From assembly GCF_000025945.1 (NCBI RefSeq), contig NC_006138.1, forward strand, positions 360,001-392,000: a stretch of 32,000 bases of DNA. The letters run 5' to 3'. This document shows, piece by piece, positions 23,808-32,000 of this stretch. A program made the position numbers and the translations under genes. Position 1 is the stretch's first letter. Each line of letters begins with the position of its first letter. The stretch is from Desulfotalea psychrophila LSv54. GTDB lineage: Bacteria; Desulfobacterota; Desulfobulbia; Desulfobulbales; Desulfocapsaceae. The notes beneath the pieces were generated by a model that saw only the letters and a program-made list of their open reading frames with translations, did no database searches and had not been told where the DNA came from.

Positions 23808-24803
23808 ATGAAACACATTCAGTATATTTTTATTTCAGTAATCATCTTACTATGCACGTCCTGCTCAGAGAAAAAAGACCAAACCATTATCTTAAAATAT
23901 ATACGTTCAGCTGCCGTCAGCCATTTCAGTTCGCAGCAGATGCAACACTGGAGCACAGAGGTAGAGCAGAGAACAGCAGGCAGGGTAAAAATTATCGACG
24001 CCAGCCCTGCCCCTCTCTCTGCAAAAAATCCATACGATAGTCTTATCGCAGGAACAACTGATATTGCTATTTTCTGTACCACTGACAAACCTGACCGCTT
24101 CCCTGTTACCAACTCAATAGCCCTCCCCTTTGGCTTTGCCGATGCCAAGACAGCAAGTGCTGCCATGCGTGATTTAGTGCTGAAATATGCTCAAGAGGAG
24201 TTCAGTAATACCACCCTGCTCACAGTCTTCACCGGCGCACCGTCCAATTTTATCTCCATCAAACCAATAAAATACGCCAGTGACCTGAAAAATATCTCCC
24301 TGGGAATCCCTAAAGAATCCACCAGAAAAATTGCCAAAGAATGGGGAACAAAGCCCTTGCTTACAGCAGGCGCAGATATGACAGAGGCCATGGAGAAGGG
24401 CAGGATCGAAGGCGTCTTCACCTCCCTTGCGGCCATAAGAGAAAATAATCTTGCCCCCAACTGTAAGTTCATTACCCTTACCAATCAAATCGTCTCCCCC
24501 TTTGCCGTGGTCATGAACCAGAATCGTTTTACTCAACTTCCAGCGGATATTCAAAAAATCCTCCAGGGTCTCTTTGTAGAACAATCTGAATGGACAGCAG
24601 AGTATATCGATAGACAAGTTCAGGAATCCGTAAAGTGGGCCGTCACAGAACACAATATGCAGATAATACATCCTGCCCAAAGGCTCTCTACAAAGCTCAA
24701 CAAAACGGCATCCAACTCAATTGGCCTATGGGCCATCAATGAAAGTCAATACGGTGTTTCCACAGAAGAGATCCTTGCCACCCTGCAGGATTATATCAAT
24801 TAA
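23808..24803 (+). CDS. Periplasmic solute-binding lipoprotein, TRAP DctP-like (orphan)
   Basis: Signal and lipobox-like MKHIQYIFISVIILLCTSC. The DctP-like layout includes YDSLIAGTTDIAIF, ALPFGFAD, ASDLKNISLGIP, MTEAMEKGRIEGVF and NRFTQLPADIQKIL. AAGGAG RBS. No DctQ/DctM genes nearby. Confidence 0.55.
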   Translation: MKHIQYIFISVIILLCTSCSEKKDQTIILKYIRSAAVSHFSSQQMQHWSTEVEQRTAGRVKIIDASPAPLSAKNPYDSLIAGTTDIAIFCTTDKPDRFPVTNSIALPFGFADAKTASAAMRDLVLKYAQEEFSNTTLLTVFTGAPSNFISIKPIKYASDLKNISLGIPKESTRKIAKEWGTKPLLTAGADMTEAMEKGRIEGVFTSLAAIRENNLAPNCKFITLTNQIVSPFAVVMNQNRFTQLPADIQKILQGLFVEQSEWTAEYIDRQVQESVKWAVTEHNMQIIHPAQRLSTKLNKTASNSIGLWAINESQYGVSTEEILATLQDYIN

Positions 24804-24840
24804 TTTTTTGCATGCCTTGCACCACCCTTCAGGAGGACCA

Positions 24841-25608
24841 ATGCTTATCATCCTCGCCCCATCCAAGAAACAGACATACCCCAATTGCCCCAATCTGGTC
24901 AGCACCTGCCCGGAGTTTCTCCAGGAGGCTGGACAGTTAAACCAAATACTACGGGCAAAAACAGAGAAAGAAATTGCCCTGCTCATGAAAACCAGTAAGA
25001 TTTTAACCGAGAACACCCTAAGAGATATCAGGGCCTTTAATGGCAGCGAGGGCCGAGGTTTCCCGGCAATTTTCACATTTAAGGGCGACGCCTACGATGG
25101 GATCAAAGCAGAGGATTGGAACCAGGAGCAGATGTTCTATGCCCAACAACATCTCCGCATCCTCTCCGGACTCTACGGCATACTGCGCCCCCTTGACCTT
25201 ATGCAAAAACACCGTTTAGAAATGGGTCTGAAGCTCGCAACCCATTCGGGCACTCAGATGTATCAATTCTGGGGAGAGAAAATAACCGACACCATTAATC
25301 GACAGTTAGATAAAGGGGAGAGGTGCCTGATTAATCTCAGTTCCACCGAGTACAGCAGGGTCATACAAAAGAAAAAACTAGATGGAAGGATGATAGATAT
25401 CATCTTCCGGCAGATAAAGGATGGCCGAGCCAGGACCATCCCGATTTATGCCAAAAGAGCCCGAGGGGCCATGGCAAACTTTATGGTCCAAGAAAAAATC
25501 AGAGACAGTGAGAAACTCAAGAATTTTTCCTCCGAGGGCTACCGATTTTTACCAGGGGAAAGCAGCGAAGATAGTTGGGTCTTTTCCTGCACCCTGAATA
25601 AAAAATAA
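24841..25608 (+). CDS. yaaA: YaaA (UPF0246/DUF328) peroxide-stress protein
   Basis: MLIILAPSKKQ..., FKGDAYDGIKAEDW, AQQHLRILSGLYGILRPLDLMQKHRLEMG, YQFWGEKIT, INLSSTEY and IYAKRARGAM are collinear with E. coli YaaA. AGGAGG RBS at 24831-24836. The track start at 24721 overlaps the upstream gene. Confidence 0.85.
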   Translation: MLIILAPSKKQTYPNCPNLVSTCPEFLQEAGQLNQILRAKTEKEIALLMKTSKILTENTLRDIRAFNGSEGRGFPAIFTFKGDAYDGIKAEDWNQEQMFYAQQHLRILSGLYGILRPLDLMQKHRLEMGLKLATHSGTQMYQFWGEKITDTINRQLDKGERCLINLSSTEYSRVIQKKKLDGRMIDIIFRQIKDGRARTIPIYAKRARGAMANFMVQEKIRDSEKLKNFSSEGYRFLPGESSEDSWVFSCTLNKK

Positions 25609-25611
25609 CCA

Positions 25612-28344
25612 TCAGCTACGGGAGGCCAACAGACATTTGGCAATAGAGGCATCTAATTCCTCTATTTTGAATGGCTTTGCCACATGGTCATTCATCCCTG
25701 CCTCAAAACATTTTTCTATATCATCTGAAAGGGCATTGGCGGTTATGGCAATAATGGGCAGCGCCCGATATTTTTCATCTTTGCGGATTCTTCTTGTCGT
25801 CTCATAGCCATCCAACACAGGCATCTGCACATCCATTAAGATCAAATCATAGGAGCTCTCCTCAAGTCTTTCGAGACACTCCTGTCCATTTTCAGCAAGA
25901 GTCACCTCCGCACCTGCGGCCAAAAGAATGGCCTCCATCATATAAAGGTTTATCTCATTATCATCAACCAAGAGTATCTTAAGCCCCTCGAGCAGACTCT
26001 TACGATCCACGCTATTGACTTGAACAGCCTCTGTATTCTGGGCGTCACCCTCCTGCCCCACCCCCAAATCAAGGGTGAACCAAAAGGTACTCCCCGCCCC
26101 CGGACTGCTCTCAAGGCCAATATCCCCCCCCATGGCCACCACAAGTTTTTTACAGATGGTCAGACCCAATCCAGTTCCACCATAATTTCTTGTCACCGAA
26201 GAATCGGCTTGAGTAAATGGGACAAAGAGTTGTTTCTGAACATCCAGGGCAATTCCCACGCCGGTGTCAATTATAGAAAATTTGAGAATAACCCCCTTTT
26301 CGCCTAAGCCCATCGACACCACATGCAGAGAAACATGACCCTCCTTAGTAAATTTCAGGGCATTACCAAGCAGGTTTATCAGAACCTGACCGATCCTGAA
26401 ACGATCACCTATCAAATTTTCAGGGATGCCAGGGGCCACATCCAGACAAAACTTAGGAGAACTCTCCTCTTCGACAAAAACGCTATCAATAACTGGTTGA
26501 AGCAGGGCGTGTAAGCTAAACCCACTCTCCTCAATTTCCAACCTCCCCGCCTCCATCTTGGCAAAATCAAGTATATCATTCACCGTTGTCAAGAGCTGCT
26601 GTCCAGAATCTAAAATCCGTCTGACATAGGATCTCTGATCCACTGAAAGAGATGTCTTTTCAAGCAACTGGGCCAGGCCCAAGACACCATTAAGGGGTGT
26701 TCTTATCTCATGACTCATGTTGGCTACAAAGGTTGATTTCGCCTGATTCGCCCGTTCGGCCTCATCCTTAGCCGTAATGAGATCCTGCTGAAAACGCTGC
26801 AGATCAGCAGTTTTTTGATCCACCAACTCTTCAAGATGAAACTTATAGGCCTCCAGTTCACCGGCCAACTGATGACGTTGTTCCACATCGCGGATAACCA
26901 CCAAAAGACAATCGACGTCCTTTATTTGCATATAATTCAGGGTCATTCCTGCCCAAAATTTTTCTCCTGAATAACGTTTCATCTGCCAGTCAACGGTCAA
27001 GCTCCCATCTCTGACGGTCCTCTCAATTAGCTGCTGAAAGGCCTGATCGTCATAGGGCTCTTCTCCGCAAAAATTCCACCTCAAATCTGTCAATTTGACA
27101 AGTTGCTCCTCGGCACCTAACAGCAGTTCCGAGGATCTGTTAAATTCAAGCACCTGAAGCGTATCTATATCACAGACTAAAACTGCCTCGCTGGTCGCAT
27201 CAAATATCTCCACAAATTTTCTCTCCGCATTACGCTGCAGATGAATATTGATAAGCAGGGTCAGCAGGAGACTGACAAGAAGAATTGCAATAAGGGCAAT
27301 AAGATTGATGAAGGTGGTATTCTGCTCGTAGAAGCCCAAAGAAAGCTGATTAATAACTTCACTCCCTGGCGGAAGTTCGCTTACCTCTATTGAAAAGCGA
27401 TTAAGCACCTCATTATCAAACACAGGGGAGAAGTGCAACTCCTCCTTCACCGGGGCGGGAATATTGCCCGTAGTCAAAATTTTAACGGCCAACTCGGCAG
27501 CAAGCTGCCCCTGCTCCTTGCCCTCTAAGACATAACCACCAAGCGCCCCCAAGCCAAGATGAAAATCATAGGGAGTATAGACCGGAACAGGACTTGTCTC
27601 AATAATCAGGTCAGCAAGAGATCGAGCATCCATATGGGTACCCGGCTGAGAGGTGGCATAGGGGAGGAGGAGAACAATACTCTCATCTGAGGCCAGGCGC
27701 AGACGGGCAAGAATTTCTGGCAAGCCCTTCTCGGCCAGATATTCAAACCTAAGTCTGTCGCCAAATTGACGCAACTTAGGTTGGACATTGGTCAAAACAG
27801 CTCTACCGGTAATAGTATCCTCGACCACCACAAAGACATGCTTAATGCCGGGCTGTAATTTCAGAGCCATATTGATAGTCCCCACAGCATCTATCTCCTC
27901 AAAGACCCCGGTCACGCCCGAGCCAAGCGAATCGAGTAATCTATCATCGCCATTATATCCCGAAAAAACAATCGGGATATCAGACCAGAGCAGGTCTCTG
28001 AGACGAAGGGCAAAAGCAAAGGCGATATTATCATTTGCGATAATTATATCCGGTGAAAATTTCGCAAATTTAAATTCCAGCTGCTGAAGAGTATGCCTTT
28101 CGCCCTCCTCACCCGGAAAACGTTTCTGATCCATATGCTCAATATAGAGAGACATCTCAGGAAAATTCTCACGAAGCACATCAATCTCAGCCTCGACCTC
28201 GGCATCCCCCCAACCAAAACCTTGATGATAAGAGTTAAGGATCAAAACAACCGGAGCCTCTTGCCAACCGGCAAAGGCAATGGCAGAGGAAAAAAAGAAA
28301 AGAACAGCAAAAAATAGAGCTAAAAAAAAATTACGCAGGCTCAT
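25612..28344 (-). CDS. Hybrid sensor histidine kinase (periplasmic ABC-substrate-binding-like domain, TM, PAS, HisKA, HATPase, receiver)
   Basis: Signal/TM, then [21 protein letters not shown] (periplasmic binding-protein-like sensor) and a TM segment ([20 protein letters not shown]). H-box [11 protein letters not shown]; G-boxes DTGVGI and GGTGLGL; receiver [10 protein letters not shown]...[16 protein letters not shown]...KPF. GAGGAG RBS. Confidence 0.9.
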   Translation of the reverse strand: MSLRNFFLALFFAVLFFFSSAIAFAGWQEAPVVLILNSYHQGFGWGDAEVEAEIDVLRENFPEMSLYIEHMDQKRFPGEEGERHTLQQLEFKFAKFSPDIIIANDNIAFAFALRLRDLLWSDIPIVFSGYNGDDRLLDSLGSGVTGVFEEIDAVGTINMALKLQPGIKHVFVVVEDTITGRAVLTNVQPKLRQFGDRLRFEYLAEKGLPEILARLRLASDESIVLLLPYATSQPGTHMDARSLADLIIETSPVPVYTPYDFHLGLGALGGYVLEGKEQGQLAAELAVKILTTGNIPAPVKEELHFSPVFDNEVLNRFSIEVSELPPGSEVINQLSLGFYEQNTTFINLIALIAILLVSLLLTLLINIHLQRNAERKFVEIFDATSEAVLVCDIDTLQVLEFNRSSELLLGAEEQLVKLTDLRWNFCGEEPYDDQAFQQLIERTVRDGSLTVDWQMKRYSGEKFWAGMTLNYMQIKDVDCLLVVIRDVEQRHQLAGELEAYKFHLEELVDQKTADLQRFQQDLITAKDEAERANQAKSTFVANMSHEIRTPLNGVLGLAQLLEKTSLSVDQRSYVRRILDSGQQLLTTVNDILDFAKMEAGRLEIEESGFSLHALLQPVIDSVFVEEESSPKFCLDVAPGIPENLIGDRFRIGQVLINLLGNALKFTKEGHVSLHVVSMGLGEKGVILKFSIIDTGVGIALDVQKQLFVPFTQADSSVTRNYGGTGLGLTICKKLVVAMGGDIGLESSPGAGSTFWFTLDLGVGQEGDAQNTEAVQVNSVDRKSLLEGLKILLVDDNEINLYMMEAILLAAGAEVTLAENGQECLERLEESSYDLILMDVQMPVLDGYETTRRIRKDEKYRALPIIAITANALSDDIEKCFEAGMNDHVAKPFKIEELDASIAKCLLASRS

Positions 28345-28374
28345 AATCTCCTCTTTACCAAATGAACCATCTGG

Positions 28375-29433
28375 TTAAATAACCGACATTTGCTCCAGCA
28401 GATCCCTGCCACTGGCAGTCAAACGATATTTTTGATTACGAGAACGGGGCGTTTGCGGAAATATCATCTCCACAACTCCTGCCTCCAATGCAGGTCGCAG
28501 ATAATTATAGAGAAATGTAGGACGATGCTTCAAGCCCAATCTCTTCATTAATTCTAAGGAGGGGCTGGTATCTGTGGCCACGGCCCGTACCAATATCTTC
28601 ACCTGTTCACCTATCTGAGATAAAACAGGTGCCCGAGGAGAAGAGGGTTCAGCTTCTGCCACTGCCGGCACCGGCTCTGGTGCCGGCAACTCAAAAAAGG
28701 GAGCAATCGACTTCAGCCCCACAAGAAGGGTGCGAAGAATAAATTCTATAAAGACCGTAGCCCGCCCTGAGTTCACTGCCTGCCAAAACCTCTCGTCATA
28801 CTCTGATTCAGCATCGAGAAGGAGAGCGGAGAGAGGCAAGAGAGCAAAGGTCTTACGCCACTTACTTAAGATAAGGATCTGCCATAACTGAGCGATATTA
28901 TGATTACCCTTACGAAATGCCTTCAAGCAGAGTAGCTCATAATGAATGAGGCAACTTGCCAGCAGTGGATGAATATCCACCCCCTTTAACCAGAGAAGCA
29001 GGGAACGCAGAGAGGCAAAGACCTCATCAATGGGAGAGGATATATCCATCATGGTACTACCCTCGGTCAACTTGTCGGGCACCCTCCCCTGCATCAACTG
29101 ATTATGAACAAAGAGGAGATCATTTTGCGAGGAAGGAGAAAGACCTAGAAAAGAATCATACATATTCACGGTACTGCAAAGAGTCTTAACCCCTTCAGGT
29201 AGCTCAGAAATATAATTCCCCTCCAAAATCGCGCCAACCTGCTCCAGGGTGAGGGAATTTTTCTCCACAGAGAGATAGGAGTGAACAAGTCTATCTCTAT
29301 TGGCAGTTTTAATTTCATCGACCACTACACTCTCTGGGATTTCGCCCATCAGGCCTATCTGTTCCGAAATGCTTGCAATAAGATCAATAATCACGGAAGA
29401 ATATTCAAAAGAGGGGCTATATACTGTTGCCAT
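28375..29433 (-). CDS. Fic-fold protein with a degenerate active-site motif and a C-terminal winged-helix region
   Basis: Fic_N-like SYLSVEKNSLTLEQVGAILEG. Core HPLLASCLIHYELLCLKAFRKGNHNIAQL, where canonical HPFxxGNGRxxR is expected (KAFRKGNHNIAQ at 28888-28923). C-terminal LGLKHRPTFLYNYLRPALEAGVVEMIFPQTPRSRNQKYRLT. The stop lies 30 nt upstream of the kinase start. Confidence 0.7.
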   Translation of the reverse strand: MATVYSPSFEYSSVIIDLIASISEQIGLMGEIPESVVVDEIKTANRDRLVHSYLSVEKNSLTLEQVGAILEGNYISELPEGVKTLCSTVNMYDSFLGLSPSSQNDLLFVHNQLMQGRVPDKLTEGSTMMDISSPIDEVFASLRSLLLWLKGVDIHPLLASCLIHYELLCLKAFRKGNHNIAQLWQILILSKWRKTFALLPLSALLLDAESEYDERFWQAVNSGRATVFIEFILRTLLVGLKSIAPFFELPAPEPVPAVAEAEPSSPRAPVLSQIGEQVKILVRAVATDTSPSLELMKRLGLKHRPTFLYNYLRPALEAGVVEMIFPQTPRSRNQKYRLTASGRDLLEQMSVI

Positions 29434-29463
29434 ATTTTACAAAAACAAACACAGGTTTAAAAA

Positions 29464-29481
29464 TCTAGACACATCTAGACA
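29464..29481. promoter_or_regulatory. Tandem TCTAGACA octamers with a 10-bp period upstream of the Fic-like gene
   Basis: tctagaca at 29464-29471 and at 29474-29481, each containing the palindrome TCTAGA. They lie 31-48 nt upstream of ATG 29433 (minus strand). Confidence 0.3.
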
Positions 29482-29947
29482 TGGAAATATCACAAAAAAC
29501 GGAGGACAAGATCGCAAGCCTCGGAAACCGGCTTCTCCACCACAGGACTAAGGCCCACTCCAAGCTGATCAAAACAGGCACCCTCAACACCCACCATCCA
29601 GGCAGCGACAGGTATTCGAACAAAATATAAGCTTTTGCAGACATGAAGGGCCTCTTGAGCACCGATAGCATGGCCACTCACAGGCCGGGCTACTCTCCGG
29701 GCCAGAGCCTGCCAATCAAGTAGGTATACAGTACCCGCCTCGGCACCCTAGCTGAACAGCGCCTCCATTATATAATTACAGGGACAACTGAATAAAACCA
29801 AGAAAACCATCTCTAAAACAAGCCATAGCCTAACGAATATTTCCATAGATAACAAGAAAAAACAAAAGATATGCTTCTCAAGAAGAGACCCGGCACGGAT
29901 CCTCAACTGACAGGTATTGACTCAATAGAAAAATCTGTAGGAAAAGA

Positions 29948-30307
29948 TCAACCACCCGCTAATTTAGCCTTATAGCCTGAGCTTAAAAGATAATCCAGGA
30001 GCAGGCTTCGATGATCTCCTTGAATTTCTATCACTCCCCCTTTAACGGTACCCCCGGAACCACATTTTTGTTTAAGCTGCTTGGCATATTTCTTTAGATC
30101 CGCCTCCACCAATGGCAGACCTGTAACAAGGGTCACCCCAGCGCCCTTACGACCTTTGCTCTGACGACTTACCCGCACGACACCATCAATGGCTATTACC
30201 GTTTTTCCCTGGCTACAGCGACAGGCCTTGACTGGATGACCACATTTAGGACAAACCTTACCAACTTCGGTGGAATAGACCAGGCCCTTATTTTTTACAT
30301 TTTTCAT
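29948..30307 (-). CDS. yciH: SUI1/eIF1-family translation factor YciH
   Basis: LVYSTEVG..., RQSKGRKGAGVTLVTGLPL, LKQKCGSGGTVKGGVIEIQGDHRSLLLDYLLSSGYKAKLAGG are collinear with E. coli YciH. Extra N-terminal CPKCGHPVKACRC. Confidence 0.85.
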   Translation of the reverse strand: MKNVKNKGLVYSTEVGKVCPKCGHPVKACRCSQGKTVIAIDGVVRVSRQSKGRKGAGVTLVTGLPLVEADLKKYAKQLKQKCGSGGTVKGGVIEIQGDHRSLLLDYLLSSGYKAKLAGG

Positions 30308-30660
30308 TGAGCACAGCCCCCTAGGGCAATTAATTTAGATAGAATTTTCACAACAGCCAACTAGCCCCGCAAGCAAGCTCATAACACTTCGATTTTTCCA
30401 AGCATTTCCAAACAATTTCACCAAAGCTACAAAATTTGCAAAAATGTTTTTACTTTTCCACAGAAAAAGTGAGACAATAGAAGTACCTCTTAAGTAGATG
30501 GGGGGGTAGTTACTGTTTTATGTCAATTGTTCTTGTTTCAAGGACGCACTCTGTTTCAGGACTGCAAATGGCAAGGAGCTGTCACACTAGATGTTAATAG
30601 CATCAGTAGGGCAGGTCTTTCCTCAAGTCCGGAGCACAAACTTTATTAAAGAGATTTATC

Positions 30661-30861
30661 ATGGCTGAAGGAACTGTGAAGTGGTTTAACGACGCTAAGG
30701 GTTTTGGTTTTATCGAGCAAGAAGGTGGAGATGACCTTTTCGTACATCACACCAGCATCAATGCTAGTGGCTTTAAAACCCTCGAAGAAGGTGCACGTGT
30801 AACTTTCGACATTGAACAAGGCCCCAAGGGTCCTGCTGCTGCGAATGTTACCGTTATCTAG
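30661..30861 (+). CDS. cspA: Cold-shock protein, CspA family
   Basis: [33 protein letters not shown] carries the RNP-1 (KGFGFI) and RNP-2 (VFVHH-like) motifs. 66 aa. Confidence 0.95.
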   Translation: MAEGTVKWFNDAKGFGFIEQEGGDDLFVHHTSINASGFKTLEEGARVTFDIEQGPKGPAAANVTVI

Positions 30862-30935
30862 TGTCGAAAACTTTTAGGCAGGTCAGGGATAACAGCGCGT
30901 GTAGAGGCTTGTCCTTAACCTGGTTAACCGTCAAG

Positions 30936-30968
30936 AAGGCCCCTTTGGAGTAACCAGAGGGGCCTTTT
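30936..30968 (+). terminator. Rho-independent terminator after csp, between convergent genes
   Basis: aaggcccctttgg-agtaa-ccagaggggcctt forms a 13-bp stem with one G-U pair, followed by tt. Confidence 0.6.
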
Positions 30969-31002
30969 GAGTCTCAAGATAAGGGGAGAGAACTCAACTT
31001 AT

Positions 31003-31377
31003 CTAGACAAGAGGCTCTGCCTGAAATGTCTTAGAGACAATAATCCACTGGCCATTGTTCTTAATAAGGGAGAGGTAATCTGTAAAGAGCTTATCCACAA
31101 TGACAAGGTTAACCTTAACCATTGCATAGTTTTTATTGATAAAATCAATTGTCAAAACGTTATCTTCACGAGCTACCCCAGCCTTTTTAGAAGAAACACG
31201 ACTGGCAATACGCCCCTTTAAGACCTCACGATCTGCAATAACTACCTCGCCATTATCAACAAAGGAGATATGAGCATCTTTGTGAAAAACCTTCTCCATG
31301 GTTTCAGCATCACCTTCATAAAGCATAACAAAATACGTCTCTAAAAAATCTAAAATTTCTCTAATCTCTGCCTGCAT
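31003..31377 (-). CDS. NTF2-like / SnoaL-fold protein (putative lumazine-binding family)
   Basis: 124 aa. IREILDFLETYFVMLYEGDAETMEKVFHKDAHISF...DYLSLIKNNGQWIIVSKTF shows the NTF2-like pattern. GGAGG RBS upstream of ATG 31377. Confidence 0.55.
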   Translation of the reverse strand: MQAEIREILDFLETYFVMLYEGDAETMEKVFHKDAHISFVDNGEVVIADREVLKGRIASRVSSKKAGVAREDNVLTIDFINKNYAMVKVNLVIVDKLFTDYLSLIKNNGQWIIVSKTFQAEPLV

Positions 31378-31402
31378 ACGACCTCCTGTTAATTTTATTT
31401 CG

Positions 31403-31467
31403 CCGGTTATTAACCGGTCCGTTTTTCAGAAATGAAAAACGCCTCATATACTAATATATTAGTATAT
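31403..31467. promoter_or_regulatory. Three consecutive dyad symmetries upstream of the NTF2-like gene
   Basis: CCGGTTA-t-TAACCGG (31403-31417). cgtttttca-gaaa-tgaaaaacg, a 9-bp stem with a GNRA-type loop (31420-31441). A perfect 22-nt AT palindrome atatactaatatattagtatat (31446-31467). Confidence 0.35.
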
Positions 31468-31891
31468 TTGGGTAATATTACAACAAAAAAACGGACTGCC
31501 CTCTATGTAACGATTTGATACATGGTGTAAAGACATTAGAGGCAGCGATAATGCCCCATCCCCTTCCAACCATCTCTGCCCATGGCAGGCCCTGGCCAGC
31601 TCCAAAATCCTCTTAATCCCCAAGGCAGCTCACTGCCCCAACGCCACACACAATACGGAAATACATCGTAAAACCTATGTCTTCTTTCAAGAAAATAACT
31701 CCTTATCAGTGAAATAGCACCTGCTCTCATTAAAGAGATAGATTACCTCCCAACAGGGATGAAGAAAAAGCCAATAGATATTTGACTTGATTAAGTAACT
31801 GTGTTTTAAATATATTTTTAGATATACTCCGTGCATGGGAATGCCCCCCCCCGGCAAGGAAAAATGTGTCCCGAAACAATCTTGAAGAGCT

Positions 31892-32000
31892 ATGAAAGAC
31901 AATATCTCCAGAATTTTCCACACCTCGAAGCTAAGAAATATCTTCCTATTATGCTTTGCCATAGCAGCCCTACCGCCCGCCTACAACACATTCTTCCTAC
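31892..32000 (+). CDS. Possible start of a secreted or membrane protein (partial; runs off the right edge)
   Basis: ATG 31892 gives MKDNISRIFHTSKLRNIFLLCFAIAALPPAYNTFFL..., which looks like a signal peptide. Only 36 codons are visible and the RBS is weak, so this is speculative. Confidence 0.3.
   Translation, partial: MKDNISRIFHTSKLRNIFLLCFAIAALPPAYNTFFL

Noticed and set aside
29465-29760. Overlapping minus-strand ORFs. One reads ...VSGHAIGAQEALHVCKSLYFVRIPVAAWMVGVEGACFDQL and is faintly reminiscent of the C-terminus of a beta-ketoacyl synthase (GHxxGAxGxxE...P...C.D)
   Set aside because: The similarity is weak, short and interrupted by stops upstream. It could be another gene fossil, but I cannot support that without a search. 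A 56-aa plus-strand ORF (29481-29651) is also unconvincing.
31536-31962. Minus-strand ORFs of 64, 91 and 63 aa
   Set aside because: Their products are Trp/Gly-rich or low-complexity, they overlap each other and the C9/G9 tract, and they have no RBS.

Overview
The window reads as chromosomal DNA from an anaerobic, sigma-54-rich, selenocysteine-using bacterium. A Desulfobacterota/Desulfobulbales-like origin is my guess from gene content and cannot be verified here. GC content looks to be in the mid-40s percent by eye. I see no CRISPR array, rRNA, transposase, integrase or phage genes.

Gene map, left to right:
- An edge-truncated minus-strand ORF that is absent from the supplied track.
- A decayed receiver plus Roadblock/LC7 gene pair.
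- A GDPD phosphodiesterase and a PlsC-type acyltransferase.
- A small HxxxCxxC protein with an acidic tail.
- tRNA-Sec (selC).
- A PAS/sigma-54 enhancer-binding protein (EBP), then a textbook TGGCAC-N5-TTGC promoter. The promoter drives a 5-gene cassette: a pseudo-receiver, two MinD/ParA ATPases with 2x[4Fe-4S] ferredoxin inserts, and two NifX/NifB-C-like proteins.
- nrfH-nrfA (cytochrome c nitrite reductase).
- A ModF-like double-ABC ATPase plus an ABM monooxygenase-fold protein.
- A roughly 125-nt nested inverted-repeat element.
- A tight operon of two DUF1538-type membrane proteins, a short-T-loop PII-like protein and a CBS-pair protein.
- A YkgJ-type Cys-cluster protein.
- A minus-strand operon of a secreted hypothetical protein, dcuA and aspA. 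The aspartase carries an N-terminal cNMP-binding-like domain. A second PAS/sigma-54 EBP lies just upstream.
- A multiply disrupted COG0701-type (CSC motif) permease pseudogene.
- An orphan DctP-like binding protein and yaaA.
- A hybrid sensor kinase co-oriented with a Fic-fold protein whose catalytic motif is degenerate.
- yciH, a cspA-family gene and an NTF2-like protein.

The best candidates for under-described systems are:
1. The sigma-54-controlled Fe-S ATPase / NifX-like cassette next to nrfHA.
2. The DUF1538-DUF1538-PII-CBS module.
3. The cNMP-domain aspartase operon.
4. The pseudo-Fic plus hybrid kinase pair.

Three separate loci show real gene decay, with in-frame stops as well as frameshifts. 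All family assignments rest on motif recognition by eye, and no database search was run.
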